Sequence record: MZ234049.1
DNA: 44,293 nucleotides
Source: Escherichia phage vB_EcoP-UTI89UKE2
Direction: 5' to 3' (one strand)
Of the stretch, positions 10,219-18,159 are shown one piece after another. Position numbers and translations under genes: made by a program. Every line of letters begins with the position of its first letter. Position 1 is the first letter of the stretch. Under the pieces are notes generated by a model. That model ran no database searches and had not been told where the DNA came from. It worked only from the letters and a program-made list of their open reading frames with translations.

Positions 10219-10316
10219 TGCAAACTGCTTTTATCATTCTTGGGATCATATTATTTATGGTAGTATTCTGGGCTTTCTCTGGCATTGACCCAGATTGTGA
10301 TGGTAACTACGATTGA
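10218..10316 (+). CDS. small hydrophobic peptide (32 aa) ending DCDGNYD
   Basis: ATG overlaps the preceding stop; same architecture as the previous peptide. Confidence 0.3.
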   Translation: MQTAFIILGIILFMVVFWAFSGIDPDCDGNYD

Positions 10317-10384
10317 GTTATACTCAAGGTCACTTACGAGTGGCCTTTATGAATAACTTATTCCTACTTATTTTGTCTAACATG

Positions 10385-10406
10385 ATTTACTGGACACTAT
10401 AGAAGG
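10385..10406 (+). promoter_or_regulatory. phage RNAP promoter (ATTTACTGGACACTATAGAAGG)
   Basis: Exact match to the consensus recurring in this genome; SP6-type core CACTATAGAAG. Confidence 0.8.
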
Positions 10407-10460
10407 AAAGCCTAGGTAATCTAGGTTTATAAGGTAGTATAGGTAATTAAGTAAATATAG
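10405..10460. repeat. phased (T)AGGT repeat array downstream of a promoter
   Basis: TAGGT/AAGGT/TAGGA motifs at about 9-bp spacing (CCTAGGTAATCTAGGTTTATAAGGTAGTATAGGTAA...). Confidence 0.6.
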
Positions 10461-10471
10461 GAGATATAAAT

Positions 10472-10849
10472 ATGTCTATGGTAACTACTCTGGTATTCGT
10501 GGCTCAATACTTTCGTGGTCTTGCTAATAAGTTCAAGTCCAAGGCTATCAAAGCTATTGAGGCTCGCATCGAAGCAGTACAGGCAGAGCAAGTTAAAGTT
10601 GAAGAACATCGTAGTTCTCAAATGATTGACTGTCATAACCGCTACTATGCATCTCGTGATGCACTAAATGCACGTCAAGTCAAAGAGGTAGAAGATATGC
10701 TGGCACGTCACCAGCAAGAGCGTGACAGCCTGAAAGCTGAATTTGAAGAGAACAAGGCATCAATTGCTCTTGTAAATCAAGCTGCATCTGACAGCCTGAA
10801 GAAAGAGATTGTTATGCTGGAAATAGAACTGGACAACTTGACTAAATAA
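10472..10849 (+). CDS. hypothetical protein (125 aa), predicted coiled coil
   Basis: RBS AGGAG then ATG at 10472; charged heptad-like sequence. Confidence 0.65.
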   Translation: MSMVTTLVFVAQYFRGLANKFKSKAIKAIEARIEAVQAEQVKVEEHRSSQMIDCHNRYYASRDALNARQVKEVEDMLARHQQERDSLKAEFEENKASIALVNQAASDSLKKEIVMLEIELDNLTK

Positions 10850-10855
10850 GGAGTT

Positions 10856-11155
10856 ATGATGGAAGAAGTGATTCAAGCTAAACATGTAGGTATCATCTTT
10901 CGTGATCTAGAGCAGCGTAAAGTTGCAGGTCACACTCGTCTGGCTAAAGAAGACGATACAGCAATCACTACTGTGGAACAAGCAGATGCCTATCGTGGGC
11001 CAGAGTTCACTCAAGGTGAAACTTGTCACCAATTGAGCCTTTCACTTTGTGATACTATGGCTAGTGTAAATGTACAAGAGGTTGAAGATGGTGAATGTGT
11101 TAGCTATGTCTACCCTCTCGACACTATTGCACGTATTAAGGTAGTTCATAAGTAA
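10856..11155 (+). CDS. hypothetical protein (99 aa; start may be ATG 10859)
   Basis: RBS AAGGAG at 10848-10853; tandem ATGs. Confidence 0.6.
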   Translation: MMEEVIQAKHVGIIFRDLEQRKVAGHTRLAKEDDTAITTVEQADAYRGPEFTQGETCHQLSLSLCDTMASVNVQEVEDGECVSYVYPLDTIARIKVVHK

Positions 11156-11176
11156 TTACTGGACACTATAGAACAA
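11153..11176 (+). promoter_or_regulatory. phage RNAP promoter (TAATTACTGGACACTATAGAACAA)
   Basis: Consensus core; overlaps the stop of the upstream ORF. Confidence 0.75.
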
Positions 11177-11226
11177 TAGGTCGGCTTAGTTCGGCCTATG
11201 ATTGTAAAGTGTTGAACCGCCTTTTG

Positions 11227-11257
11227 TGCATCTTGCACAACCCGATACTATATCGGG
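11227..11257 (+). promoter_or_regulatory. 5' leader stem-loops (GTGCATCTTGCAC and CCCGATACTATATCGGG)
   Basis: Two adjacent perfect hairpins between the promoter and the 268-aa gene; candidate RNase III site or mRNA stabiliser. Confidence 0.4.
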
Positions 11258-11319
11258 CTTTCTAGTGAGTACATGCTTGTGCTCAGTACAAAGCTAACTG
11301 ACAATAGGAGACTAAATAA

Positions 11320-12126
11320 ATGGCACGTGGTGATTTTGATTTTGGTGCTCAGGTTACTAAAGCTGAAGGTAAAGTATTTAAGAACCCTGAAGTTGGTGAT
11401 CATGAAGCAGTAATCTCTGGCATCATTCATGTTGGTTCCTTCCAAGATATCTTTAAGAAAGGTAATACCACTGAAGTTAAGAAGCCAGCAAACTTTGTTC
11501 TTGTTAAGATTGTCCTGATGGGCGACGATGATAAGAACGAAGATGACTCTCGCATGGAACAATGGATGGCTGTGCCTCTGAAGTCTGGTGATAAGGCAAC
11601 ACTAACTAAGTTCCTGAATGCAGTTGACCCTAAAGAGTTGCTGGGTGGCTTCGATGATTTTATCGGTGAATGTCTGACTGCAACTATGGTTGGCTCTGGC
11701 GACAAGAATGATGATGGTACTTTCAAGTATGTTAACTGGAAAGGCTTTGGTGGTATGCCGGATAAGCTGAAGAAACTTGTCATTGCTCAGGTTGAAGAAG
11801 AGGGTCTGTCTATGACAGGTCATATTACCTTCGACAAGCTGACCAAAGAAATCCTTGATGATATTCCTGCTAACTTGGTGCGTCAATACTTCCTGAACGA
11901 GACGCCTCGTGGCAAGAACCTGTCTGTTGCTGGCTCTCACGTAGAAGCAATCATCAAAGCTGCTCGTGAAGAAGACCCAGAGTGGAAGAAAGCTAAGAAG
12001 AAAGATGAAGAGGATGCCACTCCAGCTAATCGTAGATCTCTGGATACCGGCGAGTCTGTTCCACAGGAAGTACCTGAAGCGGAGGACAACCCTGCACCTG
12101 AAATGGATGAAGACGCGGAATACTAA
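11320..12126 (+). CDS. hypothetical protein (268 aa); candidate ssDNA-binding protein
   Basis: Strong ORF with RBS, own promoter and structured leader; acidic C-terminal tail ending EMDEDAEY, reminiscent of T7 gp2.5; N-terminal GDFDFGAQV. Function assignment is inference. Confidence 0.75.
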   Translation: MARGDFDFGAQVTKAEGKVFKNPEVGDHEAVISGIIHVGSFQDIFKKGNTTEVKKPANFVLVKIVLMGDDDKNEDDSRMEQWMAVPLKSGDKATLTKFLNAVDPKELLGGFDDFIGECLTATMVGSGDKNDDGTFKYVNWKGFGGMPDKLKKLVIAQVEEEGLSMTGHITFDKLTKEILDDIPANLVRQYFLNETPRGKNLSVAGSHVEAIIKAAREEDPEWKKAKKKDEEDATPANRRSLDTGESVPQEVPEAEDNPAPEMDEDAEY

Positions 12127-12135
12127 GGAGGGCGG

Positions 12136-12354
12136 ATGAAAGTACAAATTGTAACTCTGCATTGCAAGAAAGGCATCACCACGCTTGGCGGTGGCACTTT
12201 CCACTCCTTCTCCGAAGGAGACACATACTCTGACCTGCACTACATCTGGCGCGATGGGCAGCACGTGGTGAACTATAGTGACCCGGCTACGGGGAAGCGC
12301 CACGGCGTATCGCTTCCGGCGCATGACATTGCTCAGGTGAACACAGTTTTATAA
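12136..12354 (+). CDS. hypothetical protein (72 aa)
   Basis: RBS AGGAGGG then ATG at 12136. Confidence 0.5.
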   Translation: MKVQIVTLHCKKGITTLGGGTFHSFSEGDTYSDLHYIWRDGQHVVNYSDPATGKRHGVSLPAHDIAQVNTVL

Positions 12355-12355
12355 A

Positions 12356-12371
12356 GTCTCACGTGTGAGAC
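12356..12371. promoter_or_regulatory. palindrome variant GTCTCAC-GT-GTGAGAC
   Basis: Same arms as the other palindrome copies; sits between a gene end and a promoter. Confidence 0.5.
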
Positions 12372-12386
12372 AAATCGGTGTCCGGT

Positions 12387-12409
12387 ATTTACTGGACACT
12401 ATAGAAGAG
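12387..12409 (+). promoter_or_regulatory. phage RNAP promoter (ATTTACTGGACACTATAGAAGAG)
   Basis: Exact consensus. Confidence 0.8.
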
Positions 12410-12459
12410 AAGAATTTTAATCGGCGATAATGCCATAACCAACAAAAGGAGAATTTAAT

Positions 12460-12831
12460 ATGTTCAAGATTGAAACTATCGTAAACCGTGTTGTTAAAGG
12501 TGCTGCTCTGGTATCCGTTGAGTCTTTCATTATCGTCGATGAAGCTGATCAACTGGTAGCTGGTACTAAGGCTTACGATACCCGTGAAGAAGCTCAGGCT
12601 AAGATTGACAGCATGGGTAACTTCGCTGCTGGTCTGGAGTTCGCTCGTGCTTGCTTCCCTGAGCAGGCTGACAAAGCCCAGATCGGGAAGGCTAACATCG
12701 TAGCTGAATATCTGGATTGGATTGCTGCTGGTAAACCAGTGAAAGAAGTTAAAGCTGCTGAAGAAGCTGAAGCTCCTGCAGTAGAAGTGTCTGCACCGGA
12801 AGCTCCGGTTAGCGAAGAGGAAGAGTTTTGA
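12460..12831 (+). CDS. hypothetical protein (123 aa) with acidic C-terminal tail ending SEEEEF
   Basis: RBS AGGAG; promoter upstream and strong terminator downstream suggest a highly expressed monocistronic unit. Confidence 0.7.
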   Translation: MFKIETIVNRVVKGAALVSVESFIIVDEADQLVAGTKAYDTREEAQAKIDSMGNFAAGLEFARACFPEQADKAQIGKANIVAEYLDWIAAGKPVKEVKAAEEAEAPAVEVSAPEAPVSEEEEF

Positions 12832-12889
12832 TAATAGCAGGTGTAGCCTCTGTTAGTCCTAGTTGACTATCACGCTCACCTCATCTAAT

Positions 12890-12924
12890 GCCCTGTCTGC
12901 CTTAGTGTAGGCAGGGTCTTTTGC
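12890..12924 (+). terminator. intrinsic terminator-like hairpin (CCCTGTCTGCC-loop-GGCAGGGTC followed by TTTTG)
   Basis: GC-rich perfect stem plus U-run directly after the 123-aa gene. Confidence 0.7.
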
Positions 12925-12948
12925 GTAATAGTTATTGGAGAATGAATT

Positions 12949-13221
12949 ATGCCGACTATTGAATCTCGAATTGAACTGGACATTAGCTACAATGCAATCA
13001 CCAGACAGTATATTGGGGTTGCCTATGATTACAAAACTGGTGAGAAGCTAGTGGAGGTGAGACAATGGGATGACTATTGGTTAAGACAGAACCTCCATGA
13101 TGCGGTGTCCTCCTTCTTGAAGGAGTGGCCTACATGCGACCAAACTTCGACTTCGGAGCTACAGTATCGGAAGACAATAATCTCATCCTGTGGCCGACTG
13201 AAGGTAATCGAATCGCTTTAA
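12949..13221 (+). CDS. hypothetical protein (90 aa), overlaps the exonuclease start by about 88 nt in another frame
   Basis: RBS GGAGA then ATG at 12949. Confidence 0.4.
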   Translation: MPTIESRIELDISYNAITRQYIGVAYDYKTGEKLVEVRQWDDYWLRQNLHDAVSSFLKEWPTCDQTSTSELQYRKTIISSCGRLKVIESL

Positions 13222-14162
13222 TAGATGCTGATATGTTACCCTACATCGTAGGTTATACAATCAGTGACATGACTTATTTACGAGCCACAACTCGTGTTAA
13301 GTCAGGACAAGTCCCATCAATCAAAGATACGCCTGAGTGTAAGCAAGCGTGTGACCGTGTGAACTCCTTGCTTAACTCTTGGGTGTATGCAGCAGAATGT
13401 GATGCAGCTAAGTTATTCATGACGAAATCAGAAGCTAACTTCCGTGTCCGCCTAGCATTCACCAAGCCTTATAAAGGTCAACGTAAGACCGAGAAGCCTC
13501 CATTCTTCTATGAATTGCGAGAGCATCTCTTAGAGGTTCACGGTGCAATCTTGGCAGATGGAGAGGAAGCAGACGACCTCATGAGTATCGCACAATGGGA
13601 CAGCCACCGCCGCTTCCAGCAAGATACAGGTAACGAGTTCCCTATCGGTAGTCCAGAGCATAAAGCATTCTCTGATACTTGCATCGTTTCCTTGGATAAG
13701 GATTTGATGATTGTTCCCGGTTGGCATCTACAGCCGGGTCAAGAGAAGAAGTGGGTAGAGCCTATGGGCTGGCTTGAGTTACGCCGCAAAGCTAATGGTC
13801 AAGTCAAAGACCTAAAAGGTGCTGGCCTTATGTTCCATTATGCACAGATGATTATCGGTGATGATATTGATAACTATGCTGGCATACCTGGTCGTGGTGC
13901 TAAATATGCCTATGATCTTCTCAAAGGTTGTAAGACAGAGAAAGAATTGTACATGGCAGTGCTTGGTGCTTACAAAGCTAAGTTCGGTCATGGACAGGTT
14001 AAGATTAAGAATTACCGAGGTGGTTATCGGGTGGGCAAAGCCTTTGACCTTATGCTTGAATGCGGTCGCTTAGCTCACATGGCTAGGTTCAAAGGTGATA
14101 TATGGAGAGCCGATAAGAACCCAATCTTGTGGGGAGATGATGCGGAATGGTTAGCAAATTAA
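13134..14162 (+). CDS. 5'-3' exonuclease (T7 gp6 / FEN-like)
   Basis: Motifs IALIDADMLPY, GEEADDLMS, SLDKDLMIVPG and GDDIDNYAGIPGRG; RBS AGGAG at 13121-13125. Confidence 0.85.
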   Translation: MRPNFDFGATVSEDNNLILWPTEGNRIALIDADMLPYIVGYTISDMTYLRATTRVKSGQVPSIKDTPECKQACDRVNSLLNSWVYAAECDAAKLFMTKSEANFRVRLAFTKPYKGQRKTEKPPFFYELREHLLEVHGAILADGEEADDLMSIAQWDSHRRFQQDTGNEFPIGSPEHKAFSDTCIVSLDKDLMIVPGWHLQPGQEKKWVEPMGWLELRRKANGQVKDLKGAGLMFHYAQMIIGDDIDNYAGIPGRGAKYAYDLLKGCKTEKELYMAVLGAYKAKFGHGQVKIKNYRGGYRVGKAFDLMLECGRLAHMARFKGDIWRADKNPILWGDDAEWLAN

Positions 14163-14560
14163 AAGCATCGGAGGTGGCAGCTTATAAGAAGGAATTGCTA
14201 GATAAGCAAGGATGGAAATGCCCTCTGTGTGGTGGCAGTCTCAAAGCTGTCACACCTGTAAACCGTGTACTTGACCATGACCATGAGACAGGATTCTGCC
14301 GTGCTGTTGTATGCCGAGGTTGCAATGGTGCGGAAGGGAAGATTAAGGGTGTTATCTCTGGTTATGGCAAGGCGGGTAATAACCGTTACTTCCAGCTTCA
14401 ATGGTTAGAGAGATTGTATGAATACTGGAAGTTACATAGTACGCCTCAGACAGATAAGTTATATCACAAACATCAAACGGAGGCAGAGAAGCGCGAGGCT
14501 AAGAACCGTAAGGCACGCCTTGCTTATGCAAGAAAGAAGAAGGAGGTTAAAGTTGGGTAA
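14147..14560 (+). CDS. endonuclease VII-like Holliday junction resolvase
   Basis: CPLCGG ... DHDHETG ... CRGCNGAEGK, the zinc-binding and catalytic signature of the T4 endo VII family. Confidence 0.8.
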   Translation: MVSKLKASEVAAYKKELLDKQGWKCPLCGGSLKAVTPVNRVLDHDHETGFCRAVVCRGCNGAEGKIKGVISGYGKAGNNRYFQLQWLERLYEYWKLHSTPQTDKLYHKHQTEAEKREAKNRKARLAYARKKKEVKVG

Positions 14561-15560
14561 GCTTCGCAGCTTGTACAAAGACTCCGAGGTACTTGATGCA
14601 ATCGAGCAAGCTACCGACGAGAAAGGTAATGTTAACTACAACGAGATGGCACGGGTATTATCGTGTCACCCTGTGGGTAAGAAGATTACCCGCCAGTTGG
14701 CTCGATACTGGCATGGTCAATTCAAGAAGACCAAGAAGAATGGTGATTACTACCAGACTCTTCTGCAAGAGGATAAGCGTATCAAAGAAGAGCGTAAGCT
14801 CAGGACTCCTGACCGCTACGAGGATTTGGCTATTGTACCACTGCCTGACTCGCCTCATCGAAGTGTACTGGTAATCCCTGACACTCATGCACCTTACGAG
14901 CACCCAGATATCTTAGAGTTTCTGGCAGCGGTGGCAGCACGTTACCGTCCAGACACTGTAGTTCATCTGGGGGATGAGGCAGATAAACATGCCTTATCGT
15001 TCCACGATTCAGACCCCAATCTGGATAGTGCTGGCATGGAGTTAGAGAAGGCCCGTGTCTTTATGCATAAATTACACAAGATGTTTCCTGTGATGCGCCT
15101 GTGTCATTCTAATCACGGCTCTATGCACTTCCGTAAGGCAAGCGCTAAGGGTATCCCTGTGCAATACTTGCGTACCTATCGAGAAGTCTTCTTTCCGCAT
15201 GGGGGTGGCGACCAGTGGGATTGGCAGCATACACACGTTCTTGAGTTGCCGAATGGTGAACAGGTTGCATTTAAGCATCAACCAGCAGGCTCAGTCTTAG
15301 CAGATGCAGCGCATGAGCGTATGAACCTTGTGTGTGGTCACTTGCATGGTAAGATGTCTGTGGAGTACGCACGTAATACACATGAACAGTATTGGGCTGT
15401 GCAGGGCGGCTGTTTGATTGATGAGTCATCTCGTGCATTTGCCTATGGTCGTGAGTCCAAATACAAGCCAGCATTAGGTTGTGTGGTTATTCTGGAGGGT
15501 GTGCCGCACATTGTCCCGATGCAGACCAATAGTGACAATCGCTGGATTGGTAAGATTTAG
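14553..15560 (+). CDS. calcineurin-like metallophosphoesterase (start uncertain; TTG at 14553 after RBS AGGAGG)
   Basis: Motifs VIPDTHAPYEHPD, HLGDEADKH, CHSNHG and CGHLHG. The track start at 14418 lies inside the endonuclease gene and is unlikely. Confidence 0.75.
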   Translation: MGKLRSLYKDSEVLDAIEQATDEKGNVNYNEMARVLSCHPVGKKITRQLARYWHGQFKKTKKNGDYYQTLLQEDKRIKEERKLRTPDRYEDLAIVPLPDSPHRSVLVIPDTHAPYEHPDILEFLAAVAARYRPDTVVHLGDEADKHALSFHDSDPNLDSAGMELEKARVFMHKLHKMFPVMRLCHSNHGSMHFRKASAKGIPVQYLRTYREVFFPHGGGDQWDWQHTHVLELPNGEQVAFKHQPAGSVLADAAHERMNLVCGHLHGKMSVEYARNTHEQYWAVQGGCLIDESSRAFAYGRESKYKPALGCVVILEGVPHIVPMQTNSDNRWIGKI

Positions 15561-15600
15561 TTGACACTATAGAACAAAGGGTAGGTATTAGCTTACCCTT
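15555..15600 (+). promoter_or_regulatory. phage RNAP promoter (ATTTAGTTGACACTATAGAAC) followed by a leader hairpin (AAGGGTA-loop-TACCCTT)
   Basis: Promoter variant closest to the classical SP6 consensus ATTTAGGTGACACTATAGAAG; the hairpin begins at +1. Confidence 0.7.
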
Positions 15601-15628
15601 GATTGTATAGTGAATGGAGGAATTAATT

Positions 15629-16099
15629 ATGTCAAAGATTTATATTGGCGAATACGTCGTACGCCGTGCAGCTTACCGAGATGCCTTCTGGAATAAACTG
15701 TGTGAAAGCCTAGGCAAGAAACCAGATGGGGTATTCAAAGTATCCCGTGCAGAACCTAATTATAACTCTATTATGTTAGAAGGTGTTGAGAAGCGCGAAT
15801 GGTATGCACCTTACTTCAAGGTTGTTGACTCATTGCAAGATGAAGACCCTAGCACGTTGGACAACAATATGGTTACTAAGCCTAAGCACTATGAGTTCTT
15901 CGATGGGGTAGAGGCAATCACTATCATTGCTCGTAGTATGACCGAGAAGCAATTTGCTGGATATTGCATGGGTAATGCTTTGAAGTATCGTCTGCGTGCA
16001 GGGAAGAAATTCAACACGGAAGAAGATCTGAAGAAAGCAGACTACTACAAAGAGCTATTCCAGAAGCATCGTCACGAATGTATTGATGAGGATATTTAA
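15629..16099 (+). CDS. DUF3310-like phage protein (157 aa)
   Basis: KPKHYEF ... GVEAI ... FAGYCMGNALKYRLRAGKK signature; RBS GGAGG at 15616-15620. Confidence 0.65.
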   Translation: MSKIYIGEYVVRRAAYRDAFWNKLCESLGKKPDGVFKVSRAEPNYNSIMLEGVEKREWYAPYFKVVDSLQDEDPSTLDNNMVTKPKHYEFFDGVEAITIIARSMTEKQFAGYCMGNALKYRLRAGKKFNTEEDLKKADYYKELFQKHRHECIDEDI

Positions 16100-16100
16100 T

Positions 16101-16217
16101 ATGACTTGTCCTAATTGTGGAAGTAAAGAAACAGAACATGTAGTTATGTCAGATACTTATCATTTCTACTTCTGTCATAGCTGCGACACCACCATTGAAG
16201 AGGAAGAAGCTGTATGA
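16101..16217 (+). CDS. small zinc-ribbon protein (38 aa; CPNCG ... CHSCD)
   Basis: Two CxxC pairs; the ATG of the next gene overlaps its stop. Confidence 0.45.
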   Translation: MTCPNCGSKETEHVVMSDTYHFYFCHSCDTTIEEEEAV

Positions 16218-17161
16218 ATATATTCCAATTCCTAGGTCTTCCAGAAGACCACCGCAATCACCCATTCATGCTGGTGAAACATCGCGGTGAAGTACCTGAG
16301 AAGAAATTAACTTTTCCATGTTATGCACAGGTAAAACGAGATGGTATATTTAGTGCTGTGGTTGTTCGCAACGATGGTGTCGTTGGTATCTTTGGACGCA
16401 CTGGAAAGAAACTGGCTAACACGGAAACCTTGGAAGAATCTTATTCAGCTTTCCCTACTGGCATTTATCTCGGTGAGTTGCAATCTATGGCTATTGATGT
16501 CTACCTTGAAGCACTTTCTGGAGTAGTTAACCCTAACCGCACTGAGCCACTGGATTTCATAGGCCAGCAGATTAAAGACAACCTGTATATTGACTTCTTC
16601 GATATGTTAACTATTAAGGCATTCCATGATGGATTCACTGATGTTTCTTATCTCAAACGTTACGATGCTTTACATCGTCGCATCGGCGCTAATCTTAGCG
16701 GGTACAACGCTATCCTTCCTATTACTCCTTGCCATAATGAGCGAGAAGTTGAAGCGTTTGCGCAAGAGCAAATAGACGCAGGCCGAGAGGGTGCTGTGTT
16801 TAAACTGGACTGTGATTATGAAGCAGGCCACAAAGGTTATCGTCAGACTAAAGAAGTCCGTAAGGTAACTTATGACCTTACTTGTATTGGCTTTGAAGAA
16901 GGCAAAGGTAAGTACAAAGGTAAGGTAGCTAACCTCATTTTCAAATGGAAAGGAGGCAAGACAATCAAAGCTATGTTAGGTAAAGGGTGGACTCATGCAG
17001 ATGCAGAACAGATGTTCCACGATATTAAACATGGTGGACGATTGAATGTCATTGGTAAAATCTTTGAAGTAAAAGGTCTTCAGGATTCAAGCAAGGGCAA
17101 CATTCGTCTGCCCAAAGCGGGAGAATTAAGACATGACAAAGATGAACCAGATTTCTTTTGA
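16214..17161 (+). CDS. ATP-dependent DNA ligase
   Basis: Adenylation motif VKRDG near the N-terminus; size and position typical of T7-group ligases. Confidence 0.85.
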   Translation: MNIFQFLGLPEDHRNHPFMLVKHRGEVPEKKLTFPCYAQVKRDGIFSAVVVRNDGVVGIFGRTGKKLANTETLEESYSAFPTGIYLGELQSMAIDVYLEALSGVVNPNRTEPLDFIGQQIKDNLYIDFFDMLTIKAFHDGFTDVSYLKRYDALHRRIGANLSGYNAILPITPCHNEREVEAFAQEQIDAGREGAVFKLDCDYEAGHKGYRQTKEVRKVTYDLTCIGFEEGKGKYKGKVANLIFKWKGGKTIKAMLGKGWTHADAEQMFHDIKHGGRLNVIGKIFEVKGLQDSSKGNIRLPKAGELRHDKDEPDFF

Positions 17162-17348
17162 TAGCATGAAGGCAACTCGTGCAGTTGAGGTAGCAGAAGC
17201 TATCTTTGAAACTTTATCCTGTGGCATGGAATTGCCGTATACTTTACTGGCTGATGCAGAAGAGCTTGGTCTTTCTGTAGAAGCTATCCAAGAGAAGGTT
17301 GAAGAACTCTATGGTACAGACGAAGAAGAAACCGACGATTTCATTTGA
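17133..17348 (+). CDS. hypothetical acidic protein (71 aa) ending TDEEETDDFI
   Basis: ORF overlapping the ligase 3' end. Confidence 0.45.
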   Translation: MTKMNQISFDSMKATRAVEVAEAIFETLSCGMELPYTLLADAEELGLSVEAIQEKVEELYGTDEEETDDFI

Positions 17349-17352
17349 GGGT

Positions 17353-17481
17353 ATGGAGATGCTTGAGATGATTCTCAAGCCTTCTTCTCCGAAGGTGACT
17401 AAGACTCACGAAGAATTAATCGTAGATGAAGTGAAGCGTTACATCATGGATTGTGTCAGAGCACAACTGGTGGTCCAATGA
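17353..17481 (+). CDS. small ORF (42 aa)
   Basis: RBS GAGGG then ATG at 17353; its stop overlaps the next ATG. Confidence 0.35.
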   Translation: MEMLEMILKPSSPKVTKTHEELIVDEVKRYIMDCVRAQLVVQ

Positions 17482-17939
17482 TACGTCCAGCTTCCTTCCT
17501 AGATATTCCTGAGATTATAAACCTTGGGAATAAATATGTGGAAGAGGAAGTCAAGGTTGTAGCCCACCACTCAGCCTCATGGAATGCAGAACAAAGTGCA
17601 CATAACCTTTGTGCATCTCTTAGTAGAGAAGATTTATTCCTATGGGTGGCTGTAGATGAAGGGCAGATTGTAGGGTTCCTGTGGGCTGGCTATCACGAGT
17701 TGGCCCCTTGGACACCTGTAAGGGTTGCCTCTGACATTCTCTTTTACATTATACCAGAGAAGCGAGGGACACTACTCGGTATGCGTCTTATCAAGGCTCT
17801 TAAACAATGGGCTAATGAAAATGAATGCTCTGAGGTTCGCCTGTCTATCGCCTCTGGTATTAATGAAGAACGTGTCGGACGTATGTATAAGCGACTTGGC
17901 TTTGAACCGTTTGGCACTGTGTACAACCTGAAGTTCTAA
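17478..17939 (+). CDS. GNAT-family N-acetyltransferase
   Basis: N-terminus MIRPASFLDIPEI, acetyl-CoA binding motif IIPEKRGTLLGMRLI, C-terminal YKRLGFEPFG. Confidence 0.6.
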   Translation: MIRPASFLDIPEIINLGNKYVEEEVKVVAHHSASWNAEQSAHNLCASLSREDLFLWVAVDEGQIVGFLWAGYHELAPWTPVRVASDILFYIIPEKRGTLLGMRLIKALKQWANENECSEVRLSIASGINEERVGRMYKRLGFEPFGTVYNLKF

Positions 17940-17948
17940 GGAGATAAC

Positions 17949-18158
17949 ATGGGTGTTGTAAAGAAAGCATTTAAGGCTATCGGTCTTGCTCAAGATGCAC
18001 CACGTATTGAAGCCAAAGTCCCAGCACAGCAGCTTGAGCGTAAGCCTGAGACTGAAGCTGAAGATATTCAAATTGGTGCAGGTGGCGATGATGCGACTGC
18101 ATCTGCAAAAGGTAAGCGCGGCCTTGTCCGTCCGGTAGCTTCTAGCTTGAAGGTGTAA
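17949..18158 (+). CDS. hypothetical protein (69 aa)
   Basis: RBS AAGGAG then ATG at 17949. Confidence 0.5.
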   Translation: MGVVKKAFKAIGLAQDAPRIEAKVPAQQLERKPETEAEDIQIGAGGDDATASAKGKRGLVRPVASSLKV

Positions 18159-18159
18159 T

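Noticed and set aside
11602-12324. 240-aa ORF on the minus strand
   Set aside because: Antisense to the well-supported 268-aa and 72-aa + strand genes and to a promoter; no RBS or expression signals.
12949-14162. Programmed frameshift fusing the 90-aa ORF to the exonuclease
   Set aside because: No slippery heptamer or downstream structure was identified in the overlap; the exonuclease has its own RBS and ATG at 13134.
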